Assembly: GCA_017428115.1 (NCBI GenBank)
Contig: JAFRRK010000052.1
Span: 884-64,883, forward strand
Origin: Bacteroidales bacterium
GTDB lineage: Bacteria > Bacteroidota > Bacteroidia > Bacteroidales > P3
DNA length: 64,000 nucleotides
Direction of reading: 5' to 3'
In this document: piece by piece, positions 1 through 8,182 of the stretch
Layout of the letters: every line of letters begins with the position of its first letter
Numbering within the stretch: position 1 is the first letter of the stretch
Notes under the pieces: model-generated
Databases searched by the model: none
The model's input: the letters and a program-made list of their open reading frames with translations, nothing else
What the model was told of the DNA's origin: nothing
Position numbers and translations under genes: made by a program

Positions 1-347
1 TTTGAGAGGTCGCGATTCTTGCCGGTGAGCTGCTGGAGGAAATTCTCCATTGTGGTGTCGTAGCGTAGCTGCAAGGCTGCGTAGGCGCGATTGATGGATG
101 TCACCGTGGCCTCGCACTCCTGTCGTGCCGCCGTCATATCGCTCAGCGACATGGTCATGGCCTGACCTTGGCGCACTAGCTCGGCATTCTCTTCGCGGAG
201 TTCCTGAAGCTCTTGTTTGGCAAGGGTGAGGCTCTTCGAGGCCTGAGTATAGTGCGACTGTAATGCCTCATACTCACGCATCGAAACACACGACGACAAT
301 GTCAAGGCACACAATAGGAAACATACAAGTTTTTTCTGTTGGTTCAT
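1..347 (-). CDS. putative lipoprotein, N-terminal part only (gene runs off the window start); possibly OmpA-family-like
   Basis: Own translation of the minus strand from ATG at 347: MNQQKKLVCFLLCALTLSSCVSMREYEALQSHYTQASKSL..., open to position 1. It has a signal peptide with a lipobox-like LSSC, followed by Q/E/L-rich coiled-coil-like sequence. It is absent from the ORF track because there is no stop inside the window. Confidence 0.5.
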   Translation of the reverse strand, partial: MNQQKKLVCFLLCALTLSSCVSMREYEALQSHYTQASKSLTLAKQELQELREENAELVRQGQAMTMSLSDMTAARQECEATVTSINRAYAALQLRYDTTMENFLQQLTGKNRDLS

Positions 348-429
348 ATATTAGTAAAGTATTAAAGAATGCGAAAGAACATCTTTTTCTTTTTAGTTTT
401 AAAAAGTAACGTGATTTAAAATAAAATCG

Positions 430-437
430 TATCTTTG
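430..437 (+). promoter_or_regulatory. Bacteroidetes-type -7 box (TATCTTTG) upstream of the ClC gene
   Basis: Exact match to the TAnnTTTG consensus, about 20 nt upstream of ATG 458. Confidence 0.45.
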
Positions 438-457
438 CCCGATTTAATTTTCGGCAC

Positions 458-2257
458 ATGACATTCGCAGATCTCTATAAGAGGCTACATATTTGGCGTT
501 TGCGGCACATATCAGAGCAGTCGTACCTGTTGCTGCTGAGTGTCGTGGTAGGTGTGTTTAGCGGTCTGGCGGCCGTGTTGCTCAAAACGGTGGTACACCT
601 TTCGGGACAACTGGTGATGAATTTCGGCAATACACACGACTTCACCGGCGGGGGCAACATACTCACCTTCGTCACTCCATTGGTAGGCATACTGCTAACC
701 ATTCTATTTGTGCGTTTTGTGGTGCGTGGCGACATTGGCCACGGTATTCCCAGCGTGCTGCTCTCCATCTCCCGACACAAAGGCAAGCTGCCACCCCGCA
801 ACATGTATTCATCGCTTGTTGCCTCCACCCTCACGGTTGCCTTTGGTGGCAGCGTGGGTCTAGAGGCGCCCATTGCCTCTACTGGCAGTGCCATAGGCTC
901 CAACGTGGGCCGATTCTTCCATGTAAGCCCCCGTGGTGTAAAGCTGTTGCTAGGCTGCGGTGCTGCGGGAGCCATTGCCGGCATCTTCAAGGCCCCATTG
1001 GCGGGAGTGCTGTTCACGGTGGAGGTGCTTATGTTCGACATGACCATGACCACTGCCGTACCCTTGCTCATCTCCGCCCTATCTGCCTCAACCGTAGCCT
1101 ACTTCCTGATGGGGCACGACGTCCAGTTTGCCTTTAAAGTCACAGAGGACTTCACCCTACACCAAATACCGTTCCTCATGGTGCTGGGGGTATTTTGCGC
1201 CTTTAGCTCTGTCTACTTCCTGCGTTGCACCGACTGGGTGGAGTCGTGGTTCTCGAGGCGTAAGAACTGGATGCGTAAATGGCTGGTTGGCGGCGTGGTG
1301 CTGGGAGTGATGATATTCCTCTTCCCACCGCTGTATGGCGAAGGATACTGGGCGCTCACCGAGCTGCTCAATGGTGCCAACGACGACGCACTGTTTGCCA
1401 ACAGCGTTTTTAACATATTCCGAGACAACTCGTGGGTAGCCCTTGCCATCCTATTTGTGCTCATACTGCTCAAGCCCATAGCCACAGCCACTACCATAGG
1501 CAGCGGCGGCGTGGGCGGCACCTTTGGTCCCTCACTTGTTGTAGGCGGCCTCAGCGGCTACTTCATCGCTGCCCTGGGCAACCAATTGGGACTGCCCCCG
1601 CAGTCGACCGCCAATTTCGCCCTCGTGGGCATGGCGGGAGTGATGACCGGCGTGATGCACGCCCCTTTCATGGGGGTATTCCTCATTGCCGAAATCACTG
1701 GCGGCTATGCCCTTATGATACCGCTCCTTATCACTTCCACAGTCACCTACATCTGTGTACAGCCCTTTGAGAATCATTCCATCTATGCTCGCAAACTGGC
1801 TCTTAAGGGAGACCTTATGACCCACAATAAAGATGCCTCAGCCTGGCACCTAATGGACCTCCAGAAACTTATCGAAACCAACTTTGCCACCGTACCTGAA
1901 GATGGCACTCTACGCGATATCGTTGAAGCCATCAAACACTCTAAGCGCAACCTCTTCCCCGTTGTAGATGCCGAAGGCAAATTCCTCGGCCTAATTGTCA
2001 TGGACGACCTACGACAGACCATTTTCGAGACAGAGTTATACGACAAACTGACTGTCAAGGAGCTGATGATGACTTTCGAAGACAAAGACATAGTCCATTC
2101 CAGCGAGTCACTTGTAGATGTGGTCAACAAGTTCCAACTAAGCAACCGCTACAACCTCATCGTAGTTGACGACAGCGGACACTATCTCGGCTTCCTCTCA
2201 CGTGCCAACACCTTCTCCGCCTACCGCCGATTCATCTCCCAAAGTTCAGAAGAATAG
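458..2257 (+). CDS. ClC family voltage-gated chloride channel with C-terminal CBS pair
   Basis: 599 aa and polytopic. It has ClC selectivity-filter-like motifs (GGSVGLEAP, GIFKAPLAG, GVGGTFGPSL) and a C-terminal tail of about 140 aa with a CBS-like repeat (NLFPVVDAEGKFLGLI ... NLIVVDDSGHYLGFLS). Confidence 0.9.
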   Translation: MTFADLYKRLHIWRLRHISEQSYLLLLSVVVGVFSGLAAVLLKTVVHLSGQLVMNFGNTHDFTGGGNILTFVTPLVGILLTILFVRFVVRGDIGHGIPSVLLSISRHKGKLPPRNMYSSLVASTLTVAFGGSVGLEAPIASTGSAIGSNVGRFFHVSPRGVKLLLGCGAAGAIAGIFKAPLAGVLFTVEVLMFDMTMTTAVPLLISALSASTVAYFLMGHDVQFAFKVTEDFTLHQIPFLMVLGVFCAFSSVYFLRCTDWVESWFSRRKNWMRKWLVGGVVLGVMIFLFPPLYGEGYWALTELLNGANDDALFANSVFNIFRDNSWVALAILFVLILLKPIATATTIGSGGVGGTFGPSLVVGGLSGYFIAALGNQLGLPPQSTANFALVGMAGVMTGVMHAPFMGVFLIAEITGGYALMIPLLITSTVTYICVQPFENHSIYARKLALKGDLMTHNKDASAWHLMDLQKLIETNFATVPEDGTLRDIVEAIKHSKRNLFPVVDAEGKFLGLIVMDDLRQTIFETELYDKLTVKELMMTFEDKDIVHSSESLVDVVNKFQLSNRYNLIVVDDSGHYLGFLSRANTFSAYRRFISQSSEE

Positions 2258-2277
2258 CCTCGCCACCCCTCCGTTTT

Positions 2278-2615
2278 TAACCCAAATCGGTCATTAGGGT
2301 TTATGCCAGATTAGTATTTGTTTCGAGCAGATTGACCTCATCGCTGGCGAACGTTGCGTAAAGCGAGAGCAGAGGAAGCTTGCTTGCTATGCCGAGCCAC
2401 AGCAATGTCAACGAAGTTAAGGCGTAGCGGGCTACGGCGAGACAGGGATGTGGACAAGATGCCGAACGTTACCCAATGCGAGAGCATAGCAAGCTTGCTT
2501 GCTATGCCGAGCCCAAGTAACGTCATGGAGCATAAAGAAATGCTGATATGGCATAAACAGACCTGAAAAAAGGAGATTAATTGAAAAGTCGGTCTAATGA
2601 CCGATTTGGGTTTAA
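2278..2615. repeat. 338-bp element bounded by inverted repeats (MITE-like or long-hairpin) with an internal ~65-nt direct repeat
   Basis: The termini TAACCCAAATCGGTCATTAG (2278-2297) and CTAATGACCGATTTGGGTTTAA (2594-2615) are reverse complements with one indel. The internal direct repeats at about 2347-2410 and 2461-2525 each contain the palindrome AGCAAGCTTGCT. The element lies between convergent genes. Confidence 0.6.
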
Positions 2616-2827
2616 CAAAAAAAGGTCGATTTTCTGGATTATAATCCAAAAATTATATATTTTTTTGGATTACGTTCCAACAAATCCATTTTATTAGTTG
2701 TATTAGTGCGTAAGTCAAACAGTCACTCATTTGAGAATCCGTTAGTCTTTGATGCGCCAAGTACTAACACGTTAACTTCAAAAAGACTCACACATTAACA
2801 AGTTAACACATTAACACATTCCTCCGC

Positions 2828-3739
2828 TTATTCTTCATCATTCCCATACTTGTCCAACATTGCCTTTATCTCTTCTTTCATCTCATCCCGTAGTGATTCG
2901 GGTTTCAGCACCTCCACCCTGCTGCCCAATGAGAGTATCTTCTGTTTAAAGTCAAAGGTCGGGCGCACACGAACCGAGAAGACCGAGTATTCCTCATTCC
3001 GTCTCAGTTCCAGTTGGGAGTGATGAAGAGGGAGCGACCGCAGATAGTTGGCCTGAAAAGCATCCACTTTTATCCAAACACTTTCGACGTTCACGTCATC
3101 CCCAAGAATGATGCCATAGCTGTCTTTAAACATCTCCTCCACATCGAAATCGGGGTCTCTCGTGTATGTCTCCTCTTGGATTTCAATATTGCTAATCCTA
3201 TCCAGCGCAAAGATATGATGCGGCATATCCTCAGTGTACTTGCCGACTACGTACCAGCGACGTTCAAACATCTTCAACGCATGGGGTCGGAAGTCGGTGT
3301 AGTGCGTTACATTGTCGCGCCAGTATGCGCCATAGTCGAACCTCATCATCCGCAACTCCTTCATGGCCTGGAGTATGGCGGGCAGTGGGTCGGTGTGACT
3401 CTCTTCTATGGCGATATATTGTGCCAACTCTTGGCTGTCCATCAGAATCCGGTTCACAGCAATAGAGTTGAGCATCCACTGACGGAAATAGCCGTTCTTG
3501 CCGCTGTCGGCTATACGATAACGGTACACGCCGCCCGACACGTAACATTCAATTTCTATTCCGAAAATATCCTTTATCTCCTCGCGGTGACGATGGAATG
3601 TGCGGTCAGAATAAAGGCGACCACCATTAATATCGTCATTGAAATAATAAGCATCGGCAATCTGCTGGAGCGTCAACCCCACATTGCCCGCCTTCATCAC
3701 AGTATCGACAAGCCAGATATATTTCTTCAAGGGTGTCAT
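2828..3739 (-). CDS. WYL-domain transcriptional regulator (wHTH-WYL-WCX architecture, BrxR/CapW-like)
   Basis: The ORF 2828..3940 is trimmed to the internal ATG at 3739 (MTPLKKYIWLVDTV...). The N-terminal HTH-like segment is LTLQQIADAYY. The central region ...ALKMFERRWYVVGKY...IFALDRI is typical of WYL domains. Length is about 303 aa. Confidence 0.8.
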   Translation of the reverse strand: MTPLKKYIWLVDTVMKAGNVGLTLQQIADAYYFNDDINGGRLYSDRTFHRHREEIKDIFGIEIECYVSGGVYRYRIADSGKNGYFRQWMLNSIAVNRILMDSQELAQYIAIEESHTDPLPAILQAMKELRMMRFDYGAYWRDNVTHYTDFRPHALKMFERRWYVVGKYTEDMPHHIFALDRISNIEIQEETYTRDPDFDVEEMFKDSYGIILGDDVNVESVWIKVDAFQANYLRSLPLHHSQLELRRNEEYSVFSVRVRPTFDFKQKILSLGSRVEVLKPESLRDEMKEEIKAMLDKYGNDEE

Positions 3740-3755
3740 AGGTTGTTCTTGTTGA

Positions 3756-4079
3756 TTAAAAAAAATGAAATCGACATAGAGACTTGCCAGCAATTGCACC
3801 ATGTTGAGTGGTATGTACAAATTTTGCGACAACCACTTTACCTTGCCTTCCGCCTTCAGTTTGAACTTGTGCAATTTTTGCACAGGTTGCCTCCCGTTCC
3901 AACTCTTCTGCCTTGTAGATATTGTTGATATGACGAACAATAGAAGTTCTGTCAGTCAGGAAAAGCTCTGCCATCTGTGCTTGTGTCATCCACACAGTTT
4001 CATTCTCAAACCTCACGTCAATCTGTGTGTTGCCATCGGCAGTCTGGTAGATGATTATCTTGTCATTAACGTTCTCCAT
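3756..4079 (-). pseudogene. RhuM-family (virulence protein RhuM-like) N-terminal stub
   Basis: The first ~79 aa (MENVNDKIIIYQTADGNTQIDVRFENETVWMTQAQMAELF...IAQVQTEGGR) match the N-terminus I recognise from ~330-aa RhuM-family proteins. The remainder is unrelated sequence and the ORF stops at 107 aa. Confidence 0.6.
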
Positions 4080-4124
4080 AATCCTATAACGTCACCTGTA
4101 TCATTTTATTGCATGGCAAAAACC

Positions 4125-4484
4125 TCATTTCCCCTCTATTACCTCTTGCATATCTTGCACCAAACAACGCAATGTCTTAAGGCGTTTGATTTGTCGGGAA
4201 TACTCATCCTTGTCAAAATAGAGTGGCACCTCGTGAAAAGGCAGCTGCAATGCGAAGAGTGCTTGCTCCCGTGTAACGTGGTACCGTTTCATCATTGCTT
4301 TGATACGTTCCCTGTTATCGGGAAACTCTACAACCATGTCGGCAATCACCTGCACACTAAAACCTATCATCTCACAAACTTCCGAACATTCAATTACCTT
4401 ATCCAAAAACTCTGGCGTCACCTCTTCTGTAACCGTACACGGGGTATCTAATCCCCGAAATCTTGATTCTGCATATAGTTTCAT
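4125..4484 (-). CDS. hypothetical 119-aa protein, co-transcribed downstream of the ParE-like gene
   Basis: Clean ORF whose start lies 17 nt after the ParE-like stop on the same strand. I recognise no motif. Confidence 0.55.
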   Translation of the reverse strand: MKLYAESRFRGLDTPCTVTEEVTPEFLDKVIECSEVCEMIGFSVQVIADMVVEFPDNRERIKAMMKRYHVTREQALFALQLPFHEVPLYFDKDEYSRQIKRLKTLRCLVQDMQEVIEGK

Positions 4485-4501
4485 AATGTCAATCTTGTTT
4501 G

Positions 4502-6400
4502 TTAATATGGTGTATTGATGTCATTGTCTTCAACGCGTAAATTGCGCATTATAAACTCGCGACGTTCTGGAGTATTCTCGCCCATATAGAATGAGAGAAC
4601 GCTTTGAGTGTCGAAGTCTTCTGGAAGTACTACAGGGTCGAGTCGCATGTCTTTGCCTATAAAAGTCTTAAACTCCTCAGGGGATATTTCTCCAAGCCCC
4701 TTGAATCGGGTAATCTCAGCATTGGGAGTATTTTGGATAGCTACGATGCGCTCTTCATTGGTATAACAATAAGTATTCTTTTGCTTGTTACGTACACGGA
4801 AAAGAGGAGTCTGTAAGATGAATACATGGCCTGTCCGAATGAGCTCTGGATAAAAACGAAGGAAGAATGTGAGCAAGAGAAGCCGGATATGCATACCATC
4901 AACATCGGCATCAGTGGCTATAACAACTCTATTATATCGTAAATTCTCAATACCGTCATAAACGGCAAGAGCATTGTGCAGGAGAAGAAGTTCCTTGTTG
5001 TTGAAAATATCCTCTATGGTTTTCAGATTATAGGTATTCTTGGTTTTCCCACGTAAAGAGAAAACTGCCTGAGTTTTGACATCACGGCTTTGTGTGATAG
5101 ACCCTGAGGCCGATTCACCTTCAGTAATGAAGATGGTACTTTCCAAACGTAGGGTGTGATGGGTGTTGTAATGTATGTGGCAGTCGCGTAGCTTGTTGTT
5201 ATTTAGAGCGACTCTTTTACTATTATCTTTTGCAACCCTTTTAATATCCGAAATTTGCTTACGTTCCTTCTCGTTGGCGTTGATTTTTTGAAGGAGTGCA
5301 TTAGCTGTCTCGTTGTGAATATGAAGATAGTTATCAAGTTGGCGTTTGAGAACATCATACACATAGGTTTTTAACAGAGGACTGTCGTTGCTCCCGTCAA
5401 CCTTGTTGGGTTCGAGACGTGTGGAACCTAATTTGGTTTTAGTTTGTGCCTCAAATACGGGTTCTTGTATACGTATACATAAGGCACAGACGAGACCTTG
5501 ACGGATGACCTCAGGTGAGTAGTCTTTCTTAATAAAATCTTTCACTACACGGGCATAAGCCTCTCGGAAGGCACTCTGGTGGGTACCTCCCTCGGTAGTA
5601 TGCTGTCCGTTAACAAACGAATAGTAATAATCGTTACTTTGGCCATTGATATGAGTGAAGGCGGCTTCAAAGTTGTCCTCCTTGATGTGAATGATGGGAT
5701 AGAGGGATTTCGATTGAAGGTTGTTCTCCAACAAGTCGAGTAGGCCGTTCTTTGAGTAATAGCGCCGACCATTATAGTAAATAGTGAGACCGCTGTTAAG
5801 ATAACAATAATACCAGATACGCCTTTCAATATGCTCCTCAACAAAGTGATAGTCGCCAAATAGTTTTCGGTCAGGGATGAATTCAACAAGTGTTCCAGAT
5901 TCGGTATTCGTGTCGGGAACGATGCCGCTGTCACTGACAAGATTGCCATCAGCGAATTGTGCGCAGCGACACATACCATCTCTGAACGACTGCACTTTGA
6001 AATAACTACTGAGGGCATTTACCGCTTTGATACCTACTCCATTCAAACCAATAGACTTTTTAAAAACCTTGCTGTCATATCTGGCCCCTGTATTGAGCTT
6101 TGAGATTGCATCAACAAGTTTGCCTAATGGAATACCACGACCATAGTCACGGATGCTAACACACCTCTCGTTAAGGTTAACTGTAATATCTATCTTCTTT
6201 CCGAATCCTGATGTAAACTCGTCAATAGAATTGTCCATCACCTCCTTGATTAGTACATAGATGCCGTCGTCATGGGATGAACCGTCACCGAGCTTGCCTA
6301 TATACATACCTGGACGGAGACGAATATGTTCCATATCTTCAAGGTGAATAATGGTATCGTCATTATACGCAATTGCGGAGAGGCTGTCAGTCTGTTCCAT
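4502..6400 (-). CDS. parE: type IIA DNA topoisomerase subunit B, ParE (topo IV B)-type, all catalytic motifs intact
   Basis: Start trimmed to ATG 6400 (MEQTDSL...). Motifs: HIRLRPGMYIGKLGDG (ParE-type N-terminus), GHKL N-box EVMDNSIDE, G1 DYGRGIP, G2 GLNGVGIKAVNALS, QTK loop EAQTKTKLGS, TOPRIM ITEGESASGS and ATDADVDGMHIRLLLLTFF, and KGLGEISPEEF. Confidence 0.9.
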   Translation of the reverse strand: MEQTDSLSAIAYNDDTIIHLEDMEHIRLRPGMYIGKLGDGSSHDDGIYVLIKEVMDNSIDEFTSGFGKKIDITVNLNERCVSIRDYGRGIPLGKLVDAISKLNTGARYDSKVFKKSIGLNGVGIKAVNALSSYFKVQSFRDGMCRCAQFADGNLVSDSGIVPDTNTESGTLVEFIPDRKLFGDYHFVEEHIERRIWYYCYLNSGLTIYYNGRRYYSKNGLLDLLENNLQSKSLYPIIHIKEDNFEAAFTHINGQSNDYYYSFVNGQHTTEGGTHQSAFREAYARVVKDFIKKDYSPEVIRQGLVCALCIRIQEPVFEAQTKTKLGSTRLEPNKVDGSNDSPLLKTYVYDVLKRQLDNYLHIHNETANALLQKINANEKERKQISDIKRVAKDNSKRVALNNNKLRDCHIHYNTHHTLRLESTIFITEGESASGSITQSRDVKTQAVFSLRGKTKNTYNLKTIEDIFNNKELLLLHNALAVYDGIENLRYNRVVIATDADVDGMHIRLLLLTFFLRFYPELIRTGHVFILQTPLFRVRNKQKNTYCYTNEERIVAIQNTPNAEITRFKGLGEISPEEFKTFIGKDMRLDPVVLPEDFDTQSVLSFYMGENTPERREFIMRNLRVEDNDINTPY

Positions 6401-6434
6401 AATGATGTTGCTATTGTTTTTATATTTCAAAATG

Positions 6435-6442
6435 CAAAAATA
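6435..6442 (-). promoter_or_regulatory. -7 box (TATTTTTG on the minus strand) of the ParE-like operon
   Basis: TAnnTTTG match about 35 nt upstream of ATG 6400. Confidence 0.5.
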
Positions 6443-6449
6443 CAACAAA

Positions 6450-6472
6450 GGTGTGCCAAATCATGACACACC
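6450..6472 (-). promoter_or_regulatory. island operator copy 1 (23-bp inverted repeat)
   Basis: Plus strand reads GGTGTGCCAAATCATGACACACC. The half-sites GGTGTGCCA and TGACACACC are near-perfect reverse complements. The motif sits 7 nt upstream of the -7 box. Confidence 0.6.
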
Positions 6473-6563
6473 TCTATTTTATTTTCAATAGACTTGAAAC
6501 CTTACAGTGAATATATTCTCACAAGCAATTCTTGTTTTCCATTTTTTTTGTTCTTTCGAGATG

Positions 6564-6571
6564 CAAAAGTA
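6564..6571 (-). promoter_or_regulatory. second -7 box (TACTTTTG on the minus strand), part of a duplicated promoter module
   Basis: TAnnTTTG match with operator copy 2 located 7 nt upstream. Confidence 0.4.
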
Positions 6572-6578
6572 TAAAACG

Positions 6579-6601
6579 GGAGTGCCACATCGTAACGCAC
6601 C
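6579..6601 (-). promoter_or_regulatory. island operator copy 2
   Basis: Plus strand reads GGAGTGCCACATCGTAACGCACC. The architecture and the 7-nt spacing to a -7 box match copy 1. Confidence 0.55.
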
Positions 6602-6617
6602 TTAAAAATATACCTAA

Positions 6618-7052
6618 TTAGTACATGCTGGCTATTCTTTCTTCAACTAAAGACACTATTGATTCAGCATATTTTTTATGGATATAATCTATAATAGACG
6701 TAGTTTTGGTTCTCGGATTTGTCGTCCATATCAAATCTGCATCTAATAGATTAGTTATCCTTTCGACCTCATTACAGGTTGATCCAGTTGTTCGTGAAGC
6801 ACATACGATTATTTTACAACCATTATCTACTAACTCATTCAGTGTTTCTAACATCCTTGAGTTTGGGTCTCCTTGGCTTTCCACTCCAACGAGAACACCA
6901 TTAACATCCACAATACCAAGAATATCTCCATCATCTCTCAACACCTGAACTTTTCTTGTGTATTTCTTTGAAAGAACATTGTACACTTCTCTAACGGACG
7001 AGGACTTTCCTTGCTGGGCAGAACCCCTATTTACAATTACGAGTGGCTTCAT
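6618..7052 (-). CDS. small (144 aa) P-loop-like protein
   Basis: A Walker-A-like GSAQQGKSS lies at aa 10-18 right after a beta-strand-like MKPLVIVN. A hydrophobic strand KIIVCASR follows later. The start is 11 nt after the upstream gene's stop. Confidence 0.55.
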   Translation of the reverse strand: MKPLVIVNRGSAQQGKSSSVREVYNVLSKKYTRKVQVLRDDGDILGIVDVNGVLVGVESQGDPNSRMLETLNELVDNGCKIIVCASRTTGSTCNEVERITNLLDADLIWTTNPRTKTTSIIDYIHKKYAESIVSLVEERIASMY

Positions 7053-7063
7053 GCTGCTGATTT

Positions 7064-7783
7064 TTATATGATTATTTTTTTATAGAAATCATGAACTGCA
7101 TTTATCATGCCTTGGTCATCATGAGATCGAGGAGATGGGTGATAGTCATCTATTAATAACAGATTGCTCTCTTGGCAAAAATGGCACCATTCATTGTACT
7201 GCAAGAAAACCATATCTGAATAAATATCTTTTGCTATATTCAGCAGGGTTCCACTTCCTCCTCCACATACAATAACATTGGGATTTAATATATTTCTAAT
7301 TTGTTCAACGATGAAATTCCTATCTCTTTCGTAATATGACTGTATAGTACTATTATATACTTTACTTCCGCCTGATATTTTCTTAACATTTACAATTGCC
7401 ATAGGATATGGCAATGCTAACTTAAAATATTCTTCACGAGTTTTATCAAAAACTGGTAGATGATTGGCATCTACTTCGTTCAACGCCCAAATACATTTAA
7501 TCATCGTCATAAAAGTTCGATGGACATTTATCTCATCTGTATCATAGAACGCCCACTCTCGGTAATCACAACCAGGATTTCCATTCGTGTCTTTTACGAG
7601 AAATAACACTTTTCGCTTTGTATTAACCCATTTGTCAACTTCCGCATATTCATCTTTGCAATTCGGGTCTCTATAATATATAAGTCCATCAAAGCAGAAT
7701 ATTTTTTGCATCTCTTCGGAATATGAATTCTTCCAACGAATGCATAATTCTGTTTCCTTTTTATCAAATTCCTTTCCATTCAT
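7064..7783 (-). CDS. hypothetical protein with SMUG-like uracil-DNA-glycosylase-superfamily motifs
   Basis: VLFLVKDTNGNPG (aa 59-71) resembles UDG motif A (SMUG1 GMNPG). HPSPRS (aa 215-220, nt 7124-7141) resembles UDG motif B (HPSPRN or HPSPLS). The intervening strand NVIVCGGGSG fits the UDG alpha/beta topology. Confidence 0.6.
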   Translation of the reverse strand: MNGKEFDKKETELCIRWKNSYSEEMQKIFCFDGLIYYRDPNCKDEYAEVDKWVNTKRKVLFLVKDTNGNPGCDYREWAFYDTDEINVHRTFMTMIKCIWALNEVDANHLPVFDKTREEYFKLALPYPMAIVNVKKISGGSKVYNSTIQSYYERDRNFIVEQIRNILNPNVIVCGGGSGTLLNIAKDIYSDMVFLQYNEWCHFCQESNLLLIDDYHPSPRSHDDQGMINAVHDFYKKIII

Positions 7784-7803
7784 ATCTCATACTTGTTTTT
7801 AAA

Positions 7804-8163
7804 TCAATAATGATATTTCGTTGGGGGAATAATTATGCATGCTTCATTCTGATAAAAGAAACTACCTGATATCTTCTTGTTCTTAGGGGGTAATCCACAA
7901 CCTTTCTCATAAAAGGTCTCTGTTCGTATATCCCATGCAATTTCGGCATTTTCATCTTTAGTCAAAAAAAGAACCCGCAATGGACACTCGTTCCATAGTG
8001 TATTTTCTATACCACTCTCTTTCCGTCTCACTGCTTCATACTCATCAATGTAAAACACTCCTTTATTCATTATACCATCGAGAGCAAAACTATTGTCTTC
8101 TATCATTAACGACTTACGCCATTCTTCGAGAATTCTCTTATTCTCTGCAACGTAACCTTTCAC
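7804..8163 (-). pseudogene. decayed or truncated paralog of the SMUG-like gene
   Basis: GTG start, 119 aa. It aligns by eye with 7064..7783: FALDGIM vs FCFDGLI, RVLFLTKDENA vs KVLFLVKDTNG, KKISGSF vs KKISGGS. It lacks the NPG loop and the entire HPSP half. Confidence 0.45.
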
Positions 8164-8182
8164 ATAAACATATTATTGCTTA

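Noticed and set aside
4502-6400. Reading ParE as the ParE toxin of a ParDE toxin-antitoxin pair, with the 119-aa ORF as its antitoxin
   Set aside because: The 632-aa protein is a full GHKL-TOPRIM topoisomerase subunit, not the ~100-aa RelE-fold ParE toxin. The name coincidence carries no functional meaning.
7594-7779. 61-aa ORF overlapping the 5' part of the SMUG-like gene on the same strand
   Set aside because: It is an alternative frame inside a longer, better-supported ORF. The same applies to 8847-9065 inside the PD-(D/E)xK gene and 5545-6018 inside the ParE-like gene.
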